In this document: positions 21,503 through 30,420 of the stretch, one piece after another
Numbering within the stretch: the first letter of the stretch is position 1
Layout: each line of letters starts with the position of its first letter
From: an uncultured Solirubrobacteraceae bacterium
Lineage (GTDB): Bacteria; Actinomycetota; Thermoleophilia; Solirubrobacterales; Solirubrobacteraceae
Direction: 5' to 3'
Assembly (NCBI GenBank): GCA_963725515.1
Contig: CAVRZB010000008.1
Span: forward strand, 137,791 to 201,790
DNA: 64,000 nucleotides
The notes under the pieces: model-generated
The model's database searches: none
What the model was told of the DNA's origin: nothing
What the model saw: the letters and a program-made list of their open reading frames with translations, nothing else
Translations under genes and position numbers: made by a program

Positions 21503-23713
21503 TCAGCGCTTGGAGATCGGGGCCAGGTCGGCCACCAGCTTGCGCTCCGAGCGGTCGCGACTGAAGCGGATGACGACGATCCCGCCGGGCTCGACGCCGG
21601 TCACGACGCCCTCGCCGAAGGACGGATGCGTGACATCGTCGCCCAGCCGATAGGCGATCGGCGCGTCCGCCTCGCGGGTGAACGGTGTGTTCTCGTTCGC
21701 GGAGGAGTCAGACCACGAGGTGAGACGGGCGCGGAAGCCACCCAGGCTGCGCCGTGGCTGCTCCTCATGATCGGTCAGCGCGGCGGGTATCTCGCCGATG
21801 AAGCGGCTCGCGGCGCCATAGGTGCGCGCCCCGAACACGTTGCGCGTGCGGGCGCTGGTCAGATAGAGGTCACGCTCAGTCCGCGTGATGCCGACATAGG
21901 CCAGGCGCCGCTCCTCCTCGAGCCCGCCCTCGTCGAGCGCCCGCGAGTGTGGGAAGACCCCCTCCTCCAGCCCGATCATGAAGACGATCGGGTACTCCAG
22001 CCCCTTGGCGTTGTGGAGGGTCATGAGGGTGACCAGCCCCGAGTCGTCGCTGCGGTCATCGGCATCCGAGACGAGCGCTACCTGCTGCAGAAACTCGGCC
22101 AGCGAGGGCTCCTCGGAGTTGCTCGCGTCGTACTCGGCGGCCACGTTGACCAGCTCCTCTAGGTTCTCGAGCCGGCCCTGGGCCTCGATCGTGCGCTCCG
22201 CCTCGAGCGCCTCCAGATAGCCCGTCTCGCGCAGCATCTCCTGCATCAGCTCGGCGATCGGGGTGCGGCTCTGCGCCCGCTCACGGAGCACCTGCATGGT
22301 GCCCATGAAGCGTCGCAGCGCCTTCACCGCGGGGGTCCCGAGGCCGGGCACCTGCTCGGGCTCCGCCGCCGCCTCCCAGACCGTCGTGCCCATCGTGTTG
22401 GCGAAGGCGAGCACGCGTGAGACCGAGGTCGAGCCGATCCCCCGCCGCGGCGCGTTGACGATCCGCGTGAAGGCCCCCACGTCCTGGGGGTTCACGAGCG
22501 AGGTCAAGTAGGCGATCGCGTCCTTGATCTCGGCGCGCTCGTAGAACTTCGTGCCCCCGATCACCTGGTAGGCGATCTCCGCCCTGACCAGCGTGTCCTC
22601 GAGTACCCGTGACTGGGCGTTTGTCCGGTAGAAGACGGCGATCTCGGCCCGCGAGACGCCTTCGTCGACGAGCCGCTGGATCTCGCCCGTCACGAAACGG
22701 GCCTCCGCGTGCTCGTCATCGAGCTCGCGAACCTTGATCGGGTCGCCCTGGCCGAGCTCGGTCCACAACGACTTCGGCTTCTGCCCCCGGTTGTTGCGGA
22801 TCACGGCGTTGGCGGCGTCGAGGATCGTCTGGGTCGAGCGATAGTTCTGCTCGAGCTTGATCACCTTCGCGTCGGGAAACGTGTCCTCGAACTCGAGGAT
22901 GTTGCTGATGTCGGCGCCACGGAAGCCGTAGATCGACTGCGCATCATCGCCGACCACCATCAGGTTGCGGTGCTCGCCCGCGAGCAGCTGGAGCCAGCGG
23001 TACTGGGCGTGGTTGGTGTCCTGGTACTCGTCCACCATCACGTGGCGGAAACCGGCGGCGTAGCGTTCCCGGACCTCGGGGAACAGCTCGAGCACATTGA
23101 CGGCGCGCACCAGCAGGTCGTCGAAGTCCATTGCGTTCATGCGGTGAAGCTCGCGCTCGTAGACGCGATACACGTCGGCGACCGTCTGCTCGAAGAACGA
23201 GCCCACCATCTGGCCATAGGCGTCGGCGTCGCGGAGCTTGTTCTTGGCGTCGGAGATCTGGGCGTGGATCGCTCCCGGTGTGAAGCGCTTGGGATCGACC
23301 CCGAGCTCGTCGAGCGAGCGCTTGATCAGCCGCCGGGCGTCGGCCTGGTCGTAGATCGTGAACTGGCGCGTATAGCCGAGCCGGTGGGCATCGGCCCGCA
23401 GGATTCGGGCGCAGGCGGCATGGAAGGTCATCACCCACATGGCGCGGACCTGACGGCCGACCAGCACGCCGGCGCGGTCGCGCATCTCCCCGGCCGCCTT
23501 GTTGGTGAACGTGATGGCCAGGATCTCGTCCGGGCGCGCGACGTCCGTGGCCACCAGGTAGGCGATCCGGTGGGTCAGCACGCGCGTCTTGCCCGAACCG
23601 GCCCCGGCCAGGATCAGCAGCGGTCCCTCGCCGTGCGTGACGGCCTTGCGCTGAGGATCGTTGAGCCCCGAGAGCAGGGCATCCAGATCGTCGCTGAGCT
23701 CGGCCATGGACAA
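21503..23713 (-). CDS. pcrA: ATP-dependent DNA helicase PcrA/UvrD
   Basis: AGAGSGKT, VDEYQDTN, VGDDAQSIYGFRGA, LEQNYRS, HNAKGLEY, EERRLAYVGITR. Confidence 0.96.
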   Translation of the reverse strand: MSMAELSDDLDALLSGLNDPQRKAVTHGEGPLLILAGAGSGKTRVLTHRIAYLVATDVARPDEILAITFTNKAAGEMRDRAGVLVGRQVRAMWVMTFHAACARILRADAHRLGYTRQFTIYDQADARRLIKRSLDELGVDPKRFTPGAIHAQISDAKNKLRDADAYGQMVGSFFEQTVADVYRVYERELHRMNAMDFDDLLVRAVNVLELFPEVRERYAAGFRHVMVDEYQDTNHAQYRWLQLLAGEHRNLMVVGDDAQSIYGFRGADISNILEFEDTFPDAKVIKLEQNYRSTQTILDAANAVIRNNRGQKPKSLWTELGQGDPIKVRELDDEHAEARFVTGEIQRLVDEGVSRAEIAVFYRTNAQSRVLEDTLVRAEIAYQVIGGTKFYERAEIKDAIAYLTSLVNPQDVGAFTRIVNAPRRGIGSTSVSRVLAFANTMGTTVWEAAAEPEQVPGLGTPAVKALRRFMGTMQVLRERAQSRTPIAELMQEMLRETGYLEALEAERTIEAQGRLENLEELVNVAAEYDASNSEEPSLAEFLQQVALVSDADDRSDDSGLVTLMTLHNAKGLEYPIVFMIGLEEGVFPHSRALDEGGLEEERRLAYVGITRTERDLYLTSARTRNVFGARTYGAASRFIGEIPAALTDHEEQPRRSLGGFRARLTSWSDSSANENTPFTREADAPIAYRLGDDVTHPSFGEGVVTGVEPGGIVVIRFSRDRSERKLVADLAPISKR

Positions 23714-23771
23714 GACATCAACGGTAGCGATGGCGGCGGCGGGTCAGCGGGCTTTGGGGGATCCTTGAGCG

Positions 23772-24695
23772 GTGACCGACCTCCTCGCCGACCTGCGAAG
23801 CGCATGCCGCCAAGTGGCCGCGATGTCTCAGCATGTGAGCATTGTCTCGGCTGCGATCCCGCGCTACGCGAGGAGTCTCCCGGCGGCGGTCGCGGCGACC
23901 CCAGACGCCTCGACCGCCCTGCTCGACGCCGACCACGAGACGCTCGCGGCGTTCTGGCTTACGCTCGACGCGATCAACTTCGGATCGGGATGGTTTCCGA
24001 CGCTCCGCAAGCGCGACGGCCGATCGGGGTACTTCACGATCGCCGGCGGGGTCCGCGAGCGGTTCGCGACGCGCGGCGCCTGGAGCGCCACGGAACTCCG
24101 CCGGATCGCCCCGGGCGAGATCGCCGGAACCCTCGGCCAGGACCCCGGTCATGAGCTGATGGGTCTGTTCGCGCGCTCTCTGAACGATCTCGGCGCGCAC
24201 GTGGCGGGTGAGCACCGCGGCCGCTTCCTCGGCGTCGTGCACGACGCCGACGGCTCGGCGGCCCGGCTGGTCTCGGACCTGGCCGCGTGGCGGAGTTTCG
24301 AGGACGTCTCGCTCTACGGTGAGCTCGAGGTTCCCTTCCTCAAGCGCGCCCAGATCGCCGCGGCGGACCTGAGCCGGGCCTGTCTCGGGGACTTCGATGA
24401 TCTCGGGCGGCTGACGATGTTCGCGGACAACCTGGTCCCCCACGTTCTGCGCCTCGATGGCGTGCTCGCTTATGAGCCGGCGTTGCGCGCGCGCATCGAG
24501 CGCGGCGAGTTGATCGACCACGGCTCACACGAGGAAATCGAGATCCGGGCCTGCGCGCTGCACGCCGTCGAGCTCATCGTGGCCGAGCTGGGCGATGTCG
24601 ACGCCGCGCAGATCGATCAGATCCTTTGGCATCGCGGCCAGCGCGCTCGCTACAAGGCGGCGCCGAGACATCGTTCGCGCTGCACGGCGTATTGA
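23772..24695 (+). CDS. Queuosine-nucleotide N-glycosylase/salvage protein (DUF2419/Qng1-like)
   Basis: LDAINFGSGW, FLKRAQI, FADNLVPHVL, EIEIRA, which I recall as DUF2419/QNG1 motifs. Confidence 0.8.
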   Translation: MTDLLADLRSACRQVAAMSQHVSIVSAAIPRYARSLPAAVAATPDASTALLDADHETLAAFWLTLDAINFGSGWFPTLRKRDGRSGYFTIAGGVRERFATRGAWSATELRRIAPGEIAGTLGQDPGHELMGLFARSLNDLGAHVAGEHRGRFLGVVHDADGSAARLVSDLAAWRSFEDVSLYGELEVPFLKRAQIAAADLSRACLGDFDDLGRLTMFADNLVPHVLRLDGVLAYEPALRARIERGELIDHGSHEEIEIRACALHAVELIVAELGDVDAAQIDQILWHRGQRARYKAAPRHRSRCTAY

Positions 24696-24732
24696 CGGTA
24701 CCCCGGCGCCTGCGCGATCCTTGCGCCAGCCC

Positions 24733-25119
24733 GTGTCCGGCTACGAGCGTGTCGGCGTCACTGCCGCCCCTCCGGCGGTTCTGGCGGCGCTGCGCGAGGT
24801 GCTGGTCGAACGCGGCCTGATCGAGTACGTGGTTGTCGATCACGGTCACGACATGGCCGCAGCGGGCGCACCGGGGTTCGTAGCCTGGACGGTCATTTTC
24901 GGCAACCCGGCCGCCGGCGCCAAGCTGCTCGCCCGCGACCTCGCCGCCGCGGCCGACATCCCTCTGCGCCTGGCCGTTGTGCAGGCCGCCTACGGCACCG
25001 AAATCGTGCTGCGGGACATGCGGACGCTGCTCGACGCCGAGCTGACGGAGATAGCCGACGCCTTCACCGGGGTGCTGCGGTCGATCGCGGCGCAGGCTCG
25101 TGTACGGGCCACGGGCTGA
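24733..25119 (+). CDS. DUF302 domain protein
   Basis: VDHGHDM...IFGNP..GAKLL....AADIPLRLAV. Start chosen to avoid overlap with the upstream gene. Confidence 0.7.
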   Translation: MSGYERVGVTAAPPAVLAALREVLVERGLIEYVVVDHGHDMAAAGAPGFVAWTVIFGNPAAGAKLLARDLAAAADIPLRLAVVQAAYGTEIVLRDMRTLLDAELTEIADAFTGVLRSIAAQARVRATG

Positions 25120-25148
25120 GGTCTCCCCGCCCGCAGCGCCGCCCGCCG

Positions 25149-26468
25149 CTACTTCGCGGCGGCCTTCACGCGCGCCGAGGCCAGCGCCTTGGCGCCCTTC
25201 TCCCCCACGAGCAGCTCGGCGCGTGCCGTGCGGCTGAGGACGGGATCCAGGGCCGGGAAGCTCCCCGCGGTGGCCCGCGCCGGATCGAGCGCGACGACCG
25301 TCGTCTCCCCGCCGAGCGGCTTACTCGCCGTGGCGATCACCGTCAGCGAGCCGCCGTCCACGATGTTGCGGGCGGCCGCAAGCGCCTTGCGCGCCGCCGC
25401 GGGCGGCAGACCATCGAGGGTGTCGATCAGCACGACCGCATCGGCGCCCCGCGCGGCGATCCGGCGGGCCTGCTCGATCACGCGGTCCACGGCCAGCGCC
25501 TGAGCATCGGCCGAAGCGGCAAAGCTGACTCCTCCGGCGAGCTCGCCCGACCCGCGTGCCCAGTCGGAGATCTCCTCCGGCCGCACGCCGGCCAACACGA
25601 CCGACAGCTCGAGCGCCTCGACCCCGGACAGCGCCGACGCGAGTGCGCGCACGATCTCGGTCTTGCCCGTCCAGGCCGGCCCGGCGATCGTGACACGCGA
25701 GCCCTTGCCGAACGGCGCCAGGCCGATGATCGCGTCGATCGTGGCGTTCCCGGTCTCGAGCCCGAGCCCTTCGCTCGGGAAGGTCGCGGGCAGGTCCTCG
25801 AAACGCGCACCCTCGGAGACCTCGTCGGCCGGCCGGCCGTTGATCGAGTCGATCCGGATCATCGACGGGAAGCGCTCCGAGCGACGCGGGGCGCGACGCG
25901 GGCCGGCGACCTTGTCGCCGGATACGAGCTCGCAGCGCTTGACCTGCGCCGCCGAGATGTAGACGTCGTCGTCCGAGGTCTCGGGCGGAGCCACGCGCAC
26001 GAACCCGGAGCCGTTGGGCAGCAGCTCGACGACGCCGTCGACGACCTGCTCCTCCTGGTCTCGGGGTGGGCGCTCGTCGGCTTTGGCCGCCCGCTCGGCC
26101 GGCTTGGCACCCCGGCCCGAGGACCTGGGCGCGCGCACGGGCCGCTCCTCGTCGCCGTCGGCGCGGCGCGTGCGACGCCTCGGCTTGGCCTCGGTCTCCG
26201 GCTCGGTCTCGGCCTCCGCGCGCTCGTCGTCGGACCCGGCGGTCCGCCCGCGACCACCACGGCGCCCACGCCGGCGGCGTGTTGAGCTGTCGTCCTCGCT
26301 GTCCTCGGAATCGTTCTCGGTTGCGGCGGCGGGCTGCTCGCCGAGGATCGCGTCGATCAGATCGGCGCGCCGCAGCCGGCGGTAGCCGTCGATCGACAGC
26401 TCCGAAGCAATGGTGTGCAGGTCCGCGAGTGGGCTCTCGTCGAGCGCGGACCGGTCGAGTACTGACAT
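25149..26468 (-). CDS. Rho-like protein: Rho N-terminal and RNA-binding domains plus degenerate ATPase domain
   Basis: LHTIASEL...LIDAIL, GVVELLPNGSGFVR, DDVYIS, APFGKGSR...GKT, AARNIVDGGSLTVIATA. Confidence 0.85.
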   Translation of the reverse strand: MSVLDRSALDESPLADLHTIASELSIDGYRRLRRADLIDAILGEQPAAATENDSEDSEDDSSTRRRRGRRGGRGRTAGSDDERAEAETEPETEAKPRRRTRRADGDEERPVRAPRSSGRGAKPAERAAKADERPPRDQEEQVVDGVVELLPNGSGFVRVAPPETSDDDVYISAAQVKRCELVSGDKVAGPRRAPRRSERFPSMIRIDSINGRPADEVSEGARFEDLPATFPSEGLGLETGNATIDAIIGLAPFGKGSRVTIAGPAWTGKTEIVRALASALSGVEALELSVVLAGVRPEEISDWARGSGELAGGVSFAASADAQALAVDRVIEQARRIAARGADAVVLIDTLDGLPPAAARKALAAARNIVDGGSLTVIATASKPLGGETTVVALDPARATAGSFPALDPVLSRTARAELLVGEKGAKALASARVKAAAK

Positions 26469-26554
26469 GTGGGCCTCCTGAGGCGTTGATCGGTTGGCTC
26501 CGGTCGCGTTGAGCCAGCGACCGGCGATGCGCTTAGCCTAGCGGGAGGCGCGGA

Positions 26555-27742
26555 TCAGCGCGCGAAGAGTGCGAAGAAGTCGCGGTCGTCCGGGGTCAGA
26601 TAACGCGTGTTGGGGCGGATCATGTCGGGCAGCAGATTCGCTGGATGCCGCGCGAAGTGGTGCGCGTAGGTGATGAAGCTCGTCCAGTACTCGTTGATGT
26701 CGAGCTCGAGCGCCCGCACCGCGCCGGCCCGCAGGAGACTGTCGGCCAGGGTGCGGACGGTCTGCTCGGGAGCGGCGACGTAGATCAGGTTGCCGCGCCG
26801 GTCGACGCCCAGGCCCGAGCGCCAGACGCGAATCGCGTTGCCGACCGTGGCGCCCCATTCCGGACCGTCGCTGAGATTCGGATTGAGCCTGCCGTGGTTG
26901 ATGATCAGGGGCAGGTTCTGCCGCGCTACCAGGACGTCCGGGCCTGCGGTCGGCCCGCCGTTCCAGGAGATCACGTCGACGTGCCCGTCGCGATATTGCA
27001 CGAGCGTGCCGATTCCCTTGAGCATCGGGGTCCACGTCCGCCCCTGGTAGGCGTAGCCCTCGCCGGCGTCGTGGAGCTTGAAGCCGCCGTTGAAGACGGC
27101 GACCAGGCCGCGGCGAAGCGAGGGCGGAATCTCCTCCGGGCCGCGCACGATCGGCACAGGCGGCTCGAGCGCACCCGGGAAGTAGCGGAACCTCGTCGCA
27201 CCCTTGTCGATCCACGCCACGCCGGTGACGATCCGCGGGTAGGCCGCCTCACTGCGGAAGGTGGTGATGAGCACCGGCGGCCGCGGGCCGGCGTTGGCCA
27301 GCGCCGAGCGCCACACGCCCTCGAAGGGCAACGCCGGGTGAATCACCGGGGCTATGCGGTGGGGCCGGTAGTAAGTGATGCGCGCGTGGCGGGCGGGCCG
27401 CGTGGTCTGGGCGAATCCAACCTGCGGCAGCGCGTGCAGCGCCGGACCGCCCTTGGCCGGCGCGGTCAGCGAGTAGTACCAGTCCTCAACCTGCGAGACC
27501 AGACCCGATGCCCCGTGGTCACGCAGCCACTCGACGCTGCGGATCCCGAGGCTGCTGTTGGAGGAACTGGTCAGCACCCGGACGTAGGACACCGCGACAG
27601 GGACGAGCGCGATCGTCACCGCGATCAGCAGAATTCGGCGAAGTCGCCGCCAGAGGGACGGCGACCGGGGAGACGGTCTCGCCCTCGTCGGCTGCGGGCC
27701 TGCGGGCGTGTGTCTAGAGGGTGGCGGCGCGAGGGTCGACAT
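26555..27742 (-). CDS. Membrane-anchored phosphodiester glycosidase (NAGPA-like) family protein
   Basis: N-terminal TM, AVFNGGF, RQNLPLII, RSGLG, LELDIN. Confidence 0.6.
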   Translation of the reverse strand: MSTLAPPPSRHTPAGPQPTRARPSPRSPSLWRRLRRILLIAVTIALVPVAVSYVRVLTSSSNSSLGIRSVEWLRDHGASGLVSQVEDWYYSLTAPAKGGPALHALPQVGFAQTTRPARHARITYYRPHRIAPVIHPALPFEGVWRSALANAGPRPPVLITTFRSEAAYPRIVTGVAWIDKGATRFRYFPGALEPPVPIVRGPEEIPPSLRRGLVAVFNGGFKLHDAGEGYAYQGRTWTPMLKGIGTLVQYRDGHVDVISWNGGPTAGPDVLVARQNLPLIINHGRLNPNLSDGPEWGATVGNAIRVWRSGLGVDRRGNLIYVAAPEQTVRTLADSLLRAGAVRALELDINEYWTSFITYAHHFARHPANLLPDMIRPNTRYLTPDDRDFFALFAR

Positions 27743-27843
27743 CCGATCTCGGGACTATGCCCTCCGGTGGCTCAAGGTCAACTAAAGATGAGAAAACTCT
27801 ATTCCCCCACCCAGTCCCGCGCGCGCCTTCTATTCTCCGTGAC

Positions 27844-28098
27844 GTGAGTGACGTGGCCCAGGAGTTCGCACCCCGCCCGCGCCGTCCCAGCCCCGCGCGC
27901 CGCGAGCGTCGTCGGTTGGCGGTGGATGTCGCGCTGGGCGCGGTCGTGGCCGCGCTCTTTTTGTCGTTCGCCGCGGGCGTGGGCGTGGTGGCCTGGTTCG
28001 CCCTGCCGGTTCTCCTCATCCTGCTGCTCAGCTTCGCCGTGGAGCGGCTCGTGATCCGTCGCCGCGCCCGCCGCGGACCTCGTCGCGACCAGCTCTGA
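27844..28098 (+). CDS. Small 2-TM membrane protein
   Basis: Basic N-terminus, two hydrophobic helices, basic tail. Start uncertain. Confidence 0.5.
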   Translation: MSDVAQEFAPRPRRPSPARRERRRLAVDVALGAVVAALFLSFAAGVGVVAWFALPVLLILLLSFAVERLVIRRRARRGPRRDQL

Positions 28099-28114
28099 CC
28101 GGTGCCCCGTCGCG

Positions 28115-29242
28115 CTAGGGCCGCGCGATCAGCCGCGCGATGCCCGGCGAGTTGCCGGCCTCGGCCAGGCGGCGGTGTGAGCCCGCGCGGCGCTTGAGAT
28201 ACAGGTCGAGGAACGCCGTGGTGACCCGCTCCACGATCCCGAGCTGGGGCTGCTGGCCGGAATAGGGCGGTAGGTGGCCGGCGCCGAGTAGGTCGAGCAG
28301 ATACTTGGGCCGCGGCGCGATATCGAAGAAGGCGCTGGTGAAGCTCGGCGGGTTGATCGTGTCCGCCGTGCCCTGCGTGGCCAGCAGCGGAGGGCTTCCG
28401 GCGGGGAAGGTGAAGCCGCCCACACCCGGGATCTCGGCGCCGGAGAGGATCACGGCGGCGCGCACGCGGTGGTCGAGGAAGAACCGGTCGTAGGCCACGG
28501 CGAGTGCCGTCTCGCCGCCGTCGGACTGCCCGGAGACGGCTACGAGACCCGGGTTCAGCGCCCCGGACAGCGCGCCGGGACGTCCATTGGCGCGCAGCAG
28601 CTGACTGATCAGGAAGCTCATATCGGCGGGTTGGTTGACCAGGTCGGCCTCGTTCGGACCGCCGGGCGCATTGGCGTTCTCCAGCGGGAACACCGGCGCT
28701 GCGACGACGTACCCCGCGCGGGCCCAGCTCTGGAGCAGGCGCGCATACGGGGCTGGAGTGACCGTGAACCCGTGTCCGAAGATGAGCAGCGGGAACGGTC
28801 CGCCGACCCGTGCCAGCGGCGCGTTGCGCCGATCGGTTGCGCTCAGCGGTCCGGCGGCGGGGTAGCGCACGTAGGTCACCAGCGTGCGCGGCACGCGCCT
28901 CCCGTCGGGCAGCCTGATCGTTCGGCTCCGATCGGCGAGCCGCAGGACGCGCAGCCCGACGGCAAAACGGGTCGGCACGCTCGCCTTGGCCGGGGGCGGG
29001 TGCGGCCTCGGAGCCGATGTCGTGCCGCTGCTCATCGTCGAGCTGAACGTGACATTCGAGCCGGTGCGGAGCTGAGCCGGTCGGGCGGGCACCGGTCCCG
29101 CGGCCCGGCGCCGGTGGGCCGGAGCGAGGGCGAGCGCGACTCCAACTCCGATCAGCGAGACGAGGGCGACGGCCAGCGCGAAGCGCAGGTAGCGCCGCGG
29201 CGGACGCCTGCGGCGCTCCAATTCAGGCTCTGGTCTGGGCAT
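28115..29242 (-). CDS. Membrane-anchored/secreted alpha/beta hydrolase
   Basis: N-terminal TM, IFGHGF, GYVVAAP, VSGQSDGG (GxSxG), QGTADTI, AGHLPP. Confidence 0.78.
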   Translation of the reverse strand: MPRPEPELERRRRPPRRYLRFALAVALVSLIGVGVALALAPAHRRRAAGPVPARPAQLRTGSNVTFSSTMSSGTTSAPRPHPPPAKASVPTRFAVGLRVLRLADRSRTIRLPDGRRVPRTLVTYVRYPAAGPLSATDRRNAPLARVGGPFPLLIFGHGFTVTPAPYARLLQSWARAGYVVAAPVFPLENANAPGGPNEADLVNQPADMSFLISQLLRANGRPGALSGALNPGLVAVSGQSDGGETALAVAYDRFFLDHRVRAAVILSGAEIPGVGGFTFPAGSPPLLATQGTADTINPPSFTSAFFDIAPRPKYLLDLLGAGHLPPYSGQQPQLGIVERVTTAFLDLYLKRRAGSHRRLAEAGNSPGIARLIARP

Positions 29243-29328
29243 CGGTTCTCACGCCTCTCCTGCTGACATTCTCGCGCGCCGTCGCCTGGCGGCGACCGCG
29301 TGGCCAGGTGCCTAGCATCGGAGAGGGA

Positions 29329-30003
29329 ATGCAACGGCTCGAGGTCAGACCTGTCCCGGTGCGGCAGACCAGGGCGCTGCGGGAGGCGGTTCTGCGTCCG
29401 CACGAGTCGGTCGAGCAGGTGGCGTCGCACGAGCCCGACGGGGCGTTCGCGGTTGGCGCCTTCGAGGCCCGCGAGCTCGTGTCGGTGGGACTCGTGGGAC
29501 CCGACGGCGAACCCGGGTCCTGGCGTGTCCGAGGCATGGCCACCGCGCCGCACGCGCGCGGCCGCGGTGCGGGGACGGCGGTGCTGACGGCGCTGTGCGC
29601 GTACGCGGGGGCGCGCGGCGGCCACCGGGTGTGGTGCAACGCGCGGCTGCGCGCTCGCTCGCTGTACGAACGCGCCGGCTTCGCGCCGGCCTCGGACATC
29701 TTCCAGCTGCCGGACATCGGTCCCCATGTGGTCATGGAGCGCACGGCCGTGCCCGGGCGCAACCTGCCTGGTCAGTCTCCCGGGGGAGCGACTGAGCCGC
29801 TCGTCGTCCAGCCGACCGGTGGCTCCGGCGACTCCGCCTCCCCCCAGCTCGGCAGCGGCGGCGGTGTCCACTGCGGCTCGTCATCTGCTCCCGCTCCGAG
29901 CAGACCGGTGGCCACCACGAGCGCTCCACTCGCCACGGCCAGCCACGCACCCCAGGCGGGGTGCAGCAGCGAGCTCGGTCCGGGCGGGACGAACGTCCGG
30001 TAG
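29329..30003 (+). CDS. GNAT family N-acetyltransferase (C-terminal tail overlaps opposite gene)
   Basis: LREAVLRP, RVRGMAT...RGRGAG, WCNAR...LYERAGF, GPHVVM. GGAGAGGG SD. Confidence 0.8.
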   Translation: MQRLEVRPVPVRQTRALREAVLRPHESVEQVASHEPDGAFAVGAFEARELVSVGLVGPDGEPGSWRVRGMATAPHARGRGAGTAVLTALCAYAGARGGHRVWCNARLRARSLYERAGFAPASDIFQLPDIGPHVVMERTAVPGRNLPGQSPGGATEPLVVQPTGGSGDSASPQLGSGGGVHCGSSSAPAPSRPVATTSAPLATASHAPQAGCSSELGPGGTNVR

Positions 30004-30365
30004 CCCGCGACGAGGAGACCCACACCGCCGGCGGTGGCGATCAGCCGTCCGTCGCCGATCGCCCGCCCGCTGATCACCAACAGCGCGAGACAGCCCGCGA
30101 CTGCGGCCGCGATGGCGATGAAGATGTCGGCCTGGTGCATGACCTGCCAGGCCGACACGTGCTGCGGTCCCAGGCTGCGGGCGATCTCCGCCGCCTGGCG
30201 GATCAGCGGCCCGAGGGCCCCGTACTGCTGTCCGATCTGCTCGGCCTGGTTGATCGCGGCGGCCGGGATCCGGAACGTGTACCAGGGCAGCCAGAGGCTC
30301 GCGAGCAGGCCGCCGGAGCCGAGCGCGGCCAGACTGTACGCCCACATCCTGCGTCCCATAGGCAT
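29772..30365 (-). CDS. Uncharacterised 4-TM membrane protein
   Basis: LWLPWY...SAW...GAWL, similar to the 16-kb pair. Confidence 0.65.
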   Translation of the reverse strand: MPMGRRMWAYSLAALGSGGLLASLWLPWYTFRIPAAAINQAEQIGQQYGALGPLIRQAAEIARSLGPQHVSAWQVMHQADIFIAIAAAVAGCLALLVISGRAIGDGRLIATAGGVGLLVAGYRTFVPPGPSSLLHPAWGAWLAVASGALVVATGLLGAGADDEPQWTPPPLPSWGEAESPEPPVGWTTSGSVAPPGD

Positions 30366-30420
30366 GGTGCAAGCCTCATCGACCCGAGCACGCGCTCCCT
30401 TGAGCCGCGGCTCGCCGGTC

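Noticed and set aside
22709-24154. 481-aa + strand ORF
   Set aside because: Antisense to pcrA; a typical high-GC shadow frame with no recognisable motifs
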